Assembly: GCA_000025185.1 (NCBI GenBank)
Contig: CP001848.1
Span: 6,060,001 to 6,092,000 of the forward strand
Source: Pirellula staleyi DSM 6068
GTDB taxonomy: Bacteria; Planctomycetota; Planctomycetia; Pirellulales; Pirellulaceae
Reading direction: 5' to 3'
DNA length: 32,000 nucleotides
The position numbers and the translations under genes are program-made. The notes under the pieces were generated by a model, which saw only the letters and a program-made list of their open reading frames with translations, searched no databases and was not told the origin of the DNA. Below, in pieces: positions 1-8,396 of this stretch; the stretch's first letter is position 1, and each line of letters opens with the position of its first letter.

Positions 1-435
1 GAAGTCGATCAAGTGCTGCTGTGCGATATGATCGGCCGCGCGATCGTGCTGGTCCGCGAAGATCAGCTGTCGCTGGCAATTGGCCGTAAAGGTCAGAACG
101 TTCGACTCGCCAGCAAGCTTTGCGGCTGGGACATCGAAATCATGACCAACGACGAGCTCGAACAGCAAATCGACCGCGCTGTGGGTGGCTTCTCGAAGAT
201 CGAAGGGGTGACGGAAGAACTGGCTCAGCGACTCGTGGAGCAAGGCTATCTGTCGTACGACGATCTTTCGGTGATCGAACCCGACGCCCTGATGGAAATG
301 GGTGGACTGACCGAAGAGCAGGTCGAAGAGATCGTGAACCAGGCGGAAACCCTGGCAACCGACGCTGAACGGGCTGCTGACGAAGAACGCCGCCGCAAAC
401 GCGAAGAGCGTGCCAGCGAAGGGGCTAGCGAATAG
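1..435 (+). CDS. nusA: Transcription termination/antitermination factor NusA, C-terminal part (5' end lies upstream of the window)
   Basis: Frame 1 is open from base 1 ([10 protein letters not shown]...) to TAG at 433-435. It contains the KH-domain signature [25 protein letters not shown] followed by an acidic helix-hairpin-helix-like tail. It lies upstream of infB as in the conserved nusA-infB-rbfA cluster. Confidence 0.88.
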   Translation, partial: EVDQVLLCDMIGRAIVLVREDQLSLAIGRKGQNVRLASKLCGWDIEIMTNDELEQQIDRAVGGFSKIEGVTEELAQRLVEQGYLSYDDLSVIEPDALMEMGGLTEEQVEEIVNQAETLATDAERAADEERRRKREERASEGASE

Positions 436-684
436 CTTTCGCTCCGTCGACTTGCTGGGTGAAAAATGCACTGCTGGCTCAATCCAGCGGTGCCGAATGA
501 TGCCCAATCAAGCGACAAAATCCAACTGCCAGTTGCTGGCGTGCTGTTAAGCACAGCTGTTTCGACAAGAAACCTTGCCAGAAGCGATAAAACTTCGCGC
601 CGCGACGCTGGTATTTTGGCTCTTGAGGCGTTACATTACTGAATCACTCCCCACCGGGCGTGCCAAGCGCAATTTGATTTCTCG

Positions 685-732
685 CTCAAGCCTTCGCGAT
701 CGGACTAATTTCCGGCAGCTAGCAGGCTTGAG
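685..732 (+). other. 9-bp inverted repeat (CTCAAGCCT / AGGCTTGAG) enclosing a smaller TCGG...CCGG stem, inside the ORF-free nusA-infB spacer
   Basis: Read directly: 685-693 ctcaagcct and 724-732 aggcttgag are exact reverse complements with a 30-nt loop. Function unknown. Confidence 0.3.
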
Positions 733-1212
733 AGGGGGCTGACTTATGTTTCGGTCCTGCGGCTACTTTCTAGGGAATTGCTTGTTCCTGTGATTGCTCA
801 GCTCGCGGCCGGCTAGCGGCCCTCTTCTGCGAGCGATCGAGCGATTCTTTTCCTGTCGAACTTTACGAAGCTCGCGAGGTCTTAAAACCTCTTGTAGCTC
901 GAGCCATTTATGGCCGTAAATCCTTTGACAGTAAGGCTCTAGTCGAGCGGCACCCTGGGTGTTTGACCCCCATGTATTGCAGTATGCAATGCACGAGACA
1001 ACTCAAACCAAGGGCCGGGGAGCTGTTCGGGTGGAACTTCTGCTGGCACATGGTGTGGCATGTGGCAATTGCCTTTTCGGTTGCAAGGGCGATGCGTGCA
1101 GAGGAGATCGATTACATGAGTTAACTAGCCAGGCAACCCCGATCGATCAGGCTTACCCCACAACGTACCAGGGGCGGGTCCTGATGGCAGATCGCGGCAT
1201 AGGAGGGCGCAC

Positions 1213-4200
1213 GTGCCCATTCGGATTTACGCGTTAGCAAAAGATCTCAAGATCGACAGCAAAGACCTCGTAGATCTCTGCACCAAAGCAGGGATTACCG
1301 GGAAGGGCTCGGCGCTGGCCAGCCTCGAAGATGATGAAGTAACGAAGCTCAAGTCGTATCTCGATGGCGCGTCGAAACGATCGGCTCCTGCTCCTGCCGC
1401 TCCGCTGGTTGACATGAAGGCGGTACTGGCTTCGCCAGTTGGCTCAACAGCCACACTTCCACCTCCGCCTCCCCCACCACCGAAGACTCCCCCGAAGCGC
1501 TCGGCCCCCGTCGTGGAAGAACCGACGCCAGCTGTTGCTGAAGAGGCTGCGCCGACTCCGCCCCCTGAGCCTGTCGCAGAACCAACTCCACCTCCCGTGG
1601 TCGTGGCCGAAACGCCCGTCCCCGTCGAGCCGAAGGTCGAGGAAGCTCCCGCAGCTCCAGCTGTGAAAGTACCGCCACCGGCTCCTACCGTTCGCGTTGC
1701 TCCTGCAGCTCCCAAGACCACCCCTCCTCGCAAAGAGCAAGCCCCTCCCGCTGCTCCTGCGGCCAGCAATCCGTCGGCAACTCCGACGCCTCCTCCTGGC
1801 AATGCTCCGTCGACACCTCCACCGTCGAGCTCCCCAAACGCTCCCCAACGTCGTCAGCCAGGGCCTTTGGCCCCGCGTCCTGCCGATATGGCCCCGGTAC
1901 GTGGTGACTCGCTTAGCCCAGGTCGCCGCCCCGGCATCATCAAGGTGCTGGATGCTGGCAAACGAAACGTCGAAACCAAGGGGAAAGAAGGGGGCGCACC
2001 TGGTGCGCCTGCTGGCGATCCTCCACGTGATCCCCAGCGCGGACAAGCCCGACGTCCGGTCATTCGCCTCGGCGAAATGCCCAAGTCGAATCAGCCACCA
2101 CCTCCACCACCCAAGTCGAACGAACCGGCTCCACAAAAGCCGATCATGCGACTCCCCACCGACGCTATCGCCGGTGGCAAGCGTGGTGTGAAGCCACCGC
2201 TGGGCGAGCTCACCGCATCGATGAATCGCGACCGTCGAGGTCCCGGTGACGTTGCTGGTAAAAAGCCCGCCATGCGTGGCCCACTTCCGATCGAGCCCGA
2301 TCTGACCACACCTGGCAAGGGTGGCGCTCTGGCACGCGGTAAGAAGGGTGTGAAAGGTGCGCCAGGCACCGATGCAGGTCTGGCCGACATGGCATCGGTT
2401 CGCGCCGATCGCAACAAAGCACGCGGTCCGCAGCAAGCGGGGCGTCGCTCGAATCACTTCTCGCACGATGATGATGGTGGACGCCGCCGCAAGAACACGC
2501 TCACGCGTCTCAAATCGCATCAGCGAACAGCAGCTGCTCCGCGTAAAGACAAACTCGAAGTCGAGGTCCCTTGCACCGTCCGCACGTTCTCCGAACAAGC
2601 GGGAATTGGTGCCGGTAAAGTCGTTGCGAAGCTGATGGTCCTGGGCATCATGGCTCGGATCAACGATCCGATTCCCAACGAATACGTCGAACTGCTCATT
2701 GGCGAACTCGGCCTCGATGTCACAGTCAAACAGCCGCTGACACTCGAAGAAGAGTTGACCAAGGAGTTTGAGGGTACGGAAGACGCGCCCGAGTCGCTCG
2801 TCGCTCGTCCGCCAATCGTCACCTTCCTGGGTCACGTCGATCACGGTAAGACGTCGCTCCTCGACCGCATCATTGGCACGAACGTGGTCTCGGGTGAAGC
2901 GGGTGGTATCACCCAGCACATCCGCGCCTACACGATCAAAACCAAAGATGGTCGCGTGGTGGCATTCGTCGATACGCCTGGTCACGAAGCATTCACGGAA
3001 ATGCGTGCTCGTGGTGCCAACGTCACCGACATTGCGGTACTCGTGGTGGCCGCCGACGACGGTGTGATGCCACAAACGGAAGAAGCGATCAGCCACGCCA
3101 AAGCGGCTGGGGTTCCGATCGTGGTCGCCATGAACAAGTGCGATCTCCCGGGTGCCGATCAGCAGCGAGTGCTCCAGCAGCTCGCCACCGCTGGTTTGCT
3201 GCCGAGCGAATGGGGTGGTGAAGTGGAAGTGGTTCGTACCTCGGCCATCACAGGCGAAGGTATGGACACGCTGCTCGAAACCCTGCTCGTCACCGCCGAA
3301 CTTCACGAGTACAAGGCCAACCCAACACGCGAAGCGTCGGGCATGTGCCTCGAAAGCGAACAAGAGGCTGGTCGCGGTGTGATTGCCAAGCTGATGGTGC
3401 AGAACGGAACGTTGCGTGAAGGTGATATCGTCGTCTGCGGTTCCGCTCATGGCCGCGTGAAGGCGATGTACGACACCCTTCGTCCACGCGTTCGCCTCAA
3501 AGAGGCTCCCCCATCTACTCCCATCAACGTCACTGGTCTCGACGTCGCTCCCGGTGCTGGCGAGAAGTTCTACGTACTCGACGACATCGGTCGCGCTCGT
3601 GAACTGGCTGTTGGCCGCGCTGATAAATCGCGCCACCAGAGCCTCTCGGGCACTACCACCAAGGTGTCGTTCGAAGAGTTCCAAAAGCAGTTGTCGGAAG
3701 GACGCGTCGGCAAGACCGAAGAAGCGACTTACCTCAACTTGATCATCCGCGCCGACGTGCGTGGTTCGATCGAAGCGATCCTGAAGGAACTCAGCAAGTT
3801 CGATCACCCGGAAGTGAAGATCAAGGTGCTGCAAGCTTCGGTGGGTGGTGTTTCGGTGGCCGACGTCACCCTGGCCCACGCATCGAACGCGGTGATCATT
3901 GCCTTCAACGTCATCCCCGACGAAGCAGCCCGTGCATTGTCCGACGATCGTCACGTGGAAATTCGCCGCTACGACATCATCTACAAGGTGACCGACGACA
4001 TTAAGGCCTTGCTCGAAGGGAAACTCAAACCCGAAGAGCGCGTGGTCGACATGGGTCGAGCACTCGTCAAACAGGCGTTTGTCATCAGCCGCGTAGGTAC
4101 TGTCGCTGGTTCGCAAGTGATCCAGGGTACGATCGATCGCTCCTGCCGCGTTCGTGTGAATCGCGAGAATCGCACCATCGGCGATTACGCCATCGATTCG

Positions 4201-4338
4201 CTCCGTCGCGACAAGGATGACGTGAAGGAAGTCAGCCGCGGCATGGAATGCGGCATCAAGCTGGCCAACTTCAATGACATCAAGGAAGGGGACTTGCTCG
4301 AAGCTTACAAGATCGAGGAAGTGGCCCGTACGCTGTAG
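1213..4338 (+). CDS. infB: Translation initiation factor IF-2 with a very long proline-rich N-terminal linker
   Basis: GTG start preceded by AGGAGGG (1201-1207). The N-terminal IF2_N motif is [23 protein letters not shown]. The GTPase has a G1 motif [20 protein letters not shown] and NKCD. The C-terminal domains are conserved through ...[12 protein letters not shown]. 1041 aa. Confidence 0.97.
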   Translation: MPIRIYALAKDLKIDSKDLVDLCTKAGITGKGSALASLEDDEVTKLKSYLDGASKRSAPAPAAPLVDMKAVLASPVGSTATLPPPPPPPPKTPPKRSAPVVEEPTPAVAEEAAPTPPPEPVAEPTPPPVVVAETPVPVEPKVEEAPAAPAVKVPPPAPTVRVAPAAPKTTPPRKEQAPPAAPAASNPSATPTPPPGNAPSTPPPSSSPNAPQRRQPGPLAPRPADMAPVRGDSLSPGRRPGIIKVLDAGKRNVETKGKEGGAPGAPAGDPPRDPQRGQARRPVIRLGEMPKSNQPPPPPPKSNEPAPQKPIMRLPTDAIAGGKRGVKPPLGELTASMNRDRRGPGDVAGKKPAMRGPLPIEPDLTTPGKGGALARGKKGVKGAPGTDAGLADMASVRADRNKARGPQQAGRRSNHFSHDDDGGRRRKNTLTRLKSHQRTAAAPRKDKLEVEVPCTVRTFSEQAGIGAGKVVAKLMVLGIMARINDPIPNEYVELLIGELGLDVTVKQPLTLEEELTKEFEGTEDAPESLVARPPIVTFLGHVDHGKTSLLDRIIGTNVVSGEAGGITQHIRAYTIKTKDGRVVAFVDTPGHEAFTEMRARGANVTDIAVLVVAADDGVMPQTEEAISHAKAAGVPIVVAMNKCDLPGADQQRVLQQLATAGLLPSEWGGEVEVVRTSAITGEGMDTLLETLLVTAELHEYKANPTREASGMCLESEQEAGRGVIAKLMVQNGTLREGDIVVCGSAHGRVKAMYDTLRPRVRLKEAPPSTPINVTGLDVAPGAGEKFYVLDDIGRARELAVGRADKSRHQSLSGTTTKVSFEEFQKQLSEGRVGKTEEATYLNLIIRADVRGSIEAILKELSKFDHPEVKIKVLQASVGGVSVADVTLAHASNAVIIAFNVIPDEAARALSDDRHVEIRRYDIIYKVTDDIKALLEGKLKPEERVVDMGRALVKQAFVISRVGTVAGSQVIQGTIDRSCRVRVNRENRTIGDYAIDSLRRDKDDVKEVSRGMECGIKLANFNDIKEGDLLEAYKIEEVARTL

Positions 4339-4603
4339 GACGCACAACCAGCAGGCCACGCGGCGAAGATTGCCACCGAAGGTCGAATGGAAATTGCCAC
4401 TCGATCTTCGTTTCGGTGTTCAGCCGGCGTTGCCTATCGCCACCAGCCAGCATCGACGTGCCTTGCGCGGCGACAGCATGCGTTGGTCGCTTGTGGCAGC
4501 CCTTGGCCTTTCGTGACGAGTTGCCACTTGCTGATGTAGCAAAACGCGCAGTGACTTCAAAAAAACAGAGCAGCTTTTTGGCCGAGGAAATTAGGGAATC
4601 ACG

Positions 4604-5101
4604 ATGACATCGAGGCGGATACTCAAAGCACAGGAAGCGATTCGCGAGGTGGTCAGCATGGCCATCCTGACGGAGATTCGCGATCCGCGCGTGCGCGATG
4701 TCACGGTGGTCAAGGTCGAGATGACTCCCGACATGCGTGCCGCCAAGATCATGGTTTCGGTCATGGGTGACGAGCAGCGCGAAAAGCTCACCGTGCTCGG
4801 CCTGCAGAATTCTGCCGGTTTTTTGCAGAAGCGCATCGCCGACGAAATCGACACGCGTTATACCCCCAAACTCACATTTGAAATCGACCGCGGCGTGAAG
4901 AACTCGCTCGAGGTCCTGCGCATCCTCAAGGAAGTTCTCCCTTCGACCAGCAGCATGGCTCCTGGTGCTTCTCCTCCTCCGCCACCAGTACCGACCGATG
5001 AACTGGACGAGGAATACGAAGACGAAGTAGAGGAAACCGAGGATGACGAAGTCGATAGCGACGTCGAAAATAGCGACGACGAGAACAACGATCAGAAGTG
5101 A
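4604..5101 (+). CDS. rbfA: Ribosome-binding factor A with an extra Pro-rich and strongly acidic C-terminal tail
   Basis: RbfA core motifs are present: RRILKAQEAIREVVSMAILTEIRDPRV, VTVVKVEMTPDMRAAKIMVSV and TPKLTFEIDRG. It sits downstream of infB. The last ~40 aa are D/E-rich (DELDEEYEDEVEETEDDEVDSDVENSDDENN). Confidence 0.93.
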   Translation: MTSRRILKAQEAIREVVSMAILTEIRDPRVRDVTVVKVEMTPDMRAAKIMVSVMGDEQREKLTVLGLQNSAGFLQKRIADEIDTRYTPKLTFEIDRGVKNSLEVLRILKEVLPSTSSMAPGASPPPPPVPTDELDEEYEDEVEETEDDEVDSDVENSDDENNDQK

Positions 5102-5203
5102 GGCGCACCGCCTGCGGCATGCTTAGCTGACAAGCACTCCACGCTTCTCCACGAACTAGCACTACTCAACGAATTGCCCGACAACTGACCCTGCGGGACC
5201 GAC

Positions 5204-6271
5204 ATGACAAGCCCCAATCGAGCCGCGATTCTCGCCAAAGTTCACAAGGTACTCAAAAAGTACTACAAGCCGATCATCGTGCCCACCGAACGCACAGTCC
5301 TCGAGCATTTGCTCTATGCCTGCTGTCTGGAAAGCGCACGCTACGAAGCGGCTGACGAAGCCTTTGCCAAACTCAAGGAACTCTTCTTCGACTGGAATGA
5401 AGTTCGCGTGACCACCGTCACCGAACTCGCCGAAGTGATGTCGGGAGTGGCTGATCCGCAAGCTGCTGGCAACCGCATCAAGAAGGTCTTGCAGTCGGTC
5501 TTTGAAGCGAACTATTCGTTCGACCTCGAGCCCCTCAAAAAGCAGAACCTGGGCAAAGCCGAAAAGGACCTGGAAAAGATCGCCGGGAGCACCGGCTTTG
5601 TGCGGGCCTTTGTGACACAGCAGGCGCTCGGCGGGCATGCGATTCCGGTGACGGAAGAAGCTGTCACGCTGCTCTACGCCGTCGGCGTGATCAACGATGC
5701 AGAAGCCGACAAACATCAAATTCCTGGCATGGAACGGGCCATTCCCAAGAACAAGGGGGCGGAATTCGGTTCGCTGATGCATCAGCTCGCAGCCGATTTC
5801 AAAGCGTCGCCTGGATCGTCGAAACTACGAGGCATTCTGGCCGAAATCGACCCTGACTACAAAGAACGCCTCGGCAAACGTGTGGTGCGTGTCGAAGAGA
5901 CCAACCGTGCGATCGAAGAGGCAGCCCGACTCGAACGATTGGCCCCTAAGCCGATCGTGCCACCCCAAATGCCGAATGCAACAGCCGGCAAATCGGGAGG
6001 CAAACCCGGGGGAAAGCCCTCTGAAAAAGGTGGCGACAAAGCCGCTGAAAAGGCCGCCGCCAAGGAGCCTGGCCCCAAAGATGCCAGCAAAGGAGCCCCC
6101 AAAGCTCCACCTAAGCCTGCAGGCAAAGAGCCCGCGAAGCCCGTGATTAAGGTCGACGACAAAAAGGGTGACAAGAAGCCTAAGCCACCAGCTCCGAAAT
6201 CGGATGGTGCCGGAAAAAAGTCCGAACCGAAGCAATCGAATAAAGGGCTTACCAAAAAAAAGCCTAAGTAG
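5204..6271 (+). CDS. Endonuclease III-fold (HhH-GPD-like) protein lacking catalytic and Fe-S residues, fused to a ~100-aa Lys/Pro/Gly-rich basic tail
   Basis: By eye, residues ~20-200 align with E. coli Nth along its length (LEHLLYACCLES.., ..VTELAEVM.., IAGSTGFVRAFV at the HhH hairpin, IPVTEEAVTL at the VDTH position). The tail is GKSGGKPGGKPSEKGGDKAAEKAAAKEPGPKD...KKGDKKPKPPAPK...TKKKPK. The antisense ORF 5162-5782 looks like a shadow. Confidence 0.55.
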   Translation: MTSPNRAAILAKVHKVLKKYYKPIIVPTERTVLEHLLYACCLESARYEAADEAFAKLKELFFDWNEVRVTTVTELAEVMSGVADPQAAGNRIKKVLQSVFEANYSFDLEPLKKQNLGKAEKDLEKIAGSTGFVRAFVTQQALGGHAIPVTEEAVTLLYAVGVINDAEADKHQIPGMERAIPKNKGAEFGSLMHQLAADFKASPGSSKLRGILAEIDPDYKERLGKRVVRVEETNRAIEEAARLERLAPKPIVPPQMPNATAGKSGGKPGGKPSEKGGDKAAEKAAAKEPGPKDASKGAPKAPPKPAGKEPAKPVIKVDDKKGDKKPKPPAPKSDGAGKKSEPKQSNKGLTKKKPK

Positions 6272-6520
6272 CGGGACGAGCGACATCGATTAACGGCGCA
6301 GCTTCAGCCGCCACGATGTTCTTGTTCTTCCCGCGCGATCTCCTTCTAGCACAAGGAATCGCAAACCCCGCCCTGCAGCTTGGGGACGTCGCTACGTCCA
6401 CTCCTCATCTGTCGCTGCGCCATCTGCTCAGCCCGCCTGCGATGCATGGCTCAAGCACACACGGAGCCCATTCGCTCGCCCCATTTGCCAAAGAAAAATC
6501 GAGCGTGAGCCCTGCGCGCC

Positions 6521-8293
6521 TTAATCTTTGCCGATGTGCTCGACCTGCTTCCAGTACTTCTCAAACGCCCCCTTCACGTGGAAATCGGGGCTGTTATCGA
6601 TGTCGTGGCATTCCATGCAGCGGCGTTCGGCAACACCTCCAGCCAAGGGAAGCTTCATCTCTTCGCGACGCTGCAGGATGTCAGCCATGCTGGGCGAACC
6701 ATCTCCATTTTCAGCCGCGACATGCGCCGAGCCTGGACCGTGGCAATTCTCGCACCCACTGTGGGCCATGACCGGGGTTTTCTCGAGCGATTCATAGCCC
6801 GAAGCAAAGGGGAAAAACTTCTGCGGCTCCCAGCCAGTCACGTGACAGCTGAGACATTCGGGATCGAAATGTCGAGCAATGTCGCCTCGTGAATTCGGTG
6901 GCGTGACGAGCGAATCGGTGGCATGAGCATGCTTGGAGTTGGCCCAAACTTCTCCCGCCTTGGTATGGCAATCGACGCAGGTGGAAGTTCCCACGAAGGT
7001 GCGTCCCGAAGGATGTGGCTGGGGACGAAGTCCCAGTTCGCCGAGTCCCAGTTGCTGAAGTTGGTTTTGATACTCCGCGAGCAGATCGAGCATCGCTTTG
7101 GAGTCGGAAAGTCGGCTGTCGAGAGGGACTCGTTCGTAGCGCAGCGGTTCTTTCGCGTCGTCGTAAACCCCGATGATGCCGACATACATCCCCTTGGTAC
7201 CGACCTGGGCCATGCGCGATTTCGTCCCTTCGATCGGAACGAGTTCGCGCGTCGGTTCACCAACGCCACCGGAAGTGACGACGAGGTCGAATTCAGGGAC
7301 CGCCGTGGCAAGTTTTTTGGTGGCGTCCATCGAAGCGTGCGCGAGCAAAACCAATAGATCGCAGCCGGCCTGCTTCATTTCAGCAGCCCCTGCCTTGAGA
7401 GCCTCGACAGCTCCTTCGTGCACAATTTCGTCGCTTTGGAGCTGTTGTTCGTAGTCATCGGCCAGCGCGCCGATCACGCCAATTTTTCGTCCCCCTGCTT
7501 CGATGATCCGAAATCGTGGCTGCAATTCGCGGGCGAGCAGCGCCACATTGGCCGACGTGAAGATACTTTCGCGATCGGTGTCGGGATTGGTGGCAGCGAG
7601 CAGTTCCCCTGCATTGAGGCGGAGATCATCTTTCCCGAGTGTCACCGCTTGATAGCCGAGCAAACGGAGCGCGTTGGCTGTTTGGGTGAACTTGATTTCA
7701 GACTGACGGCCGTAACGACGAACCTGACTGCCAACATCAATCGGCACCACTTCCCAGCCAGAAGTTTGCTTCAGCTGCGTCAGGAGCGAATGCCGTCGAG
7801 CGAGCCCCCCCTTCTGATTTTCGAGACCCGTGCAACCGCAGGGCTCGATGTAGCCCATCTGCTGGCCCGTCACAAAGAAGGCGAACTGCGGCTTAGGCCA
7901 CTTCGGCCACGCGTACGGTTCAGGAGGAGCTTTGCTCGGTTTTTCGGTTTCCCCGTCGACTGCAGCAGTCGCAGCTGGCGCACGGAGCGGATTCTCTGCG
8001 GTAGGAATCGGGGATGGCGTTTCTGCGGCAGGCTCCGTGGGTGGCTCTGCTGCAGGAACTTCCGGCGCAGGCTGTACACGCGGTGGTGGCTCAACTTCGG
8101 GACCTGGAAGCGGGTCGGTCGTAGGGAGCACGACTTCCGGAGGAGCAAGCTCGGAGGCAGGTTCCTGAGCAGGAGTCTCCTGGGGATCGCTGCCGCAACC
8201 CACCACGATTGCCAAGGCGATCAAGCAGATCGAAAGGATCGCGAGGATCGCGAGATTGGCCCACACATATCCGTCGCAGCGTCGAAATCGCAT
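6521..8293 (-). CDS. Lipoprotein: Pro-rich linker + degenerate 5'-nucleotidase/metallophosphoesterase-like domain + C-terminal tetraheme cytochrome c module
   Basis: Signal peptide with lipobox ..LAIVVGC. Proline-rich segment of ~110 aa. An ..YIEPCGCTGL..GGLARR.. block typical of 5'-nucleotidase-like proteins. Four CXXCH motifs: CVDCH, CLSCH, CENCH (CENCHGPGSAH) and CMECH. Confidence 0.8.
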   Translation of the reverse strand: MRFRRCDGYVWANLAILAILSICLIALAIVVGCGSDPQETPAQEPASELAPPEVVLPTTDPLPGPEVEPPPRVQPAPEVPAAEPPTEPAAETPSPIPTAENPLRAPAATAAVDGETEKPSKAPPEPYAWPKWPKPQFAFFVTGQQMGYIEPCGCTGLENQKGGLARRHSLLTQLKQTSGWEVVPIDVGSQVRRYGRQSEIKFTQTANALRLLGYQAVTLGKDDLRLNAGELLAATNPDTDRESIFTSANVALLARELQPRFRIIEAGGRKIGVIGALADDYEQQLQSDEIVHEGAVEALKAGAAEMKQAGCDLLVLLAHASMDATKKLATAVPEFDLVVTSGGVGEPTRELVPIEGTKSRMAQVGTKGMYVGIIGVYDDAKEPLRYERVPLDSRLSDSKAMLDLLAEYQNQLQQLGLGELGLRPQPHPSGRTFVGTSTCVDCHTKAGEVWANSKHAHATDSLVTPPNSRGDIARHFDPECLSCHVTGWEPQKFFPFASGYESLEKTPVMAHSGCENCHGPGSAHVAAENGDGSPSMADILQRREEMKLPLAGGVAERRCMECHDIDNSPDFHVKGAFEKYWKQVEHIGKD

Positions 8294-8396
8294 TGCCCGT
8301 CGTCCTTGATCTACGTGCTCGCAGGCGCTAGTTACACCTGCTTCGTCGAACTCCTATCTTCTCAAAAATGATGATGGCGGGGAATCGCAAACTCGG

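Noticed and set aside
959-1237. 92-aa ORF between nusA and infB as a candidate ylxR (DUF448)
   Set aside because: It lacks the YlxR R-x-C-x-x-C...GRGAY pattern, it overlaps the well-supported infB GTG start and its SD, and its composition is atypical.
1444-4359. 971-aa ORF antisense to infB
   Set aside because: It is fully nested opposite a confidently identified IF-2 gene. Its composition is Arg/Gly/His-rich with low complexity, it has no recognisable motifs, and it is a typical stop-poor shadow frame of a high-GC gene.
4364-4410. 7-bp inverted repeat CGAAGAT/ATCTTCG with two ATTGCCAC direct repeats in its loop, after infB
   Set aside because: The stem is short, the loop is 33 nt, and the T-tract that follows is weak (TTTCGG). 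It is insufficient to call a terminator or operator. A third TTGCCAC at ~4521 suggests a common word rather than a site.
6272-6520. ORF 6316-6771 and possible terminator in the convergent gap after the basic-tailed protein gene
   Set aside because: The ORF runs into the cytochrome gene on the opposite strand and has no features. I could not find a convincing GC stem with a U-tract on either strand.
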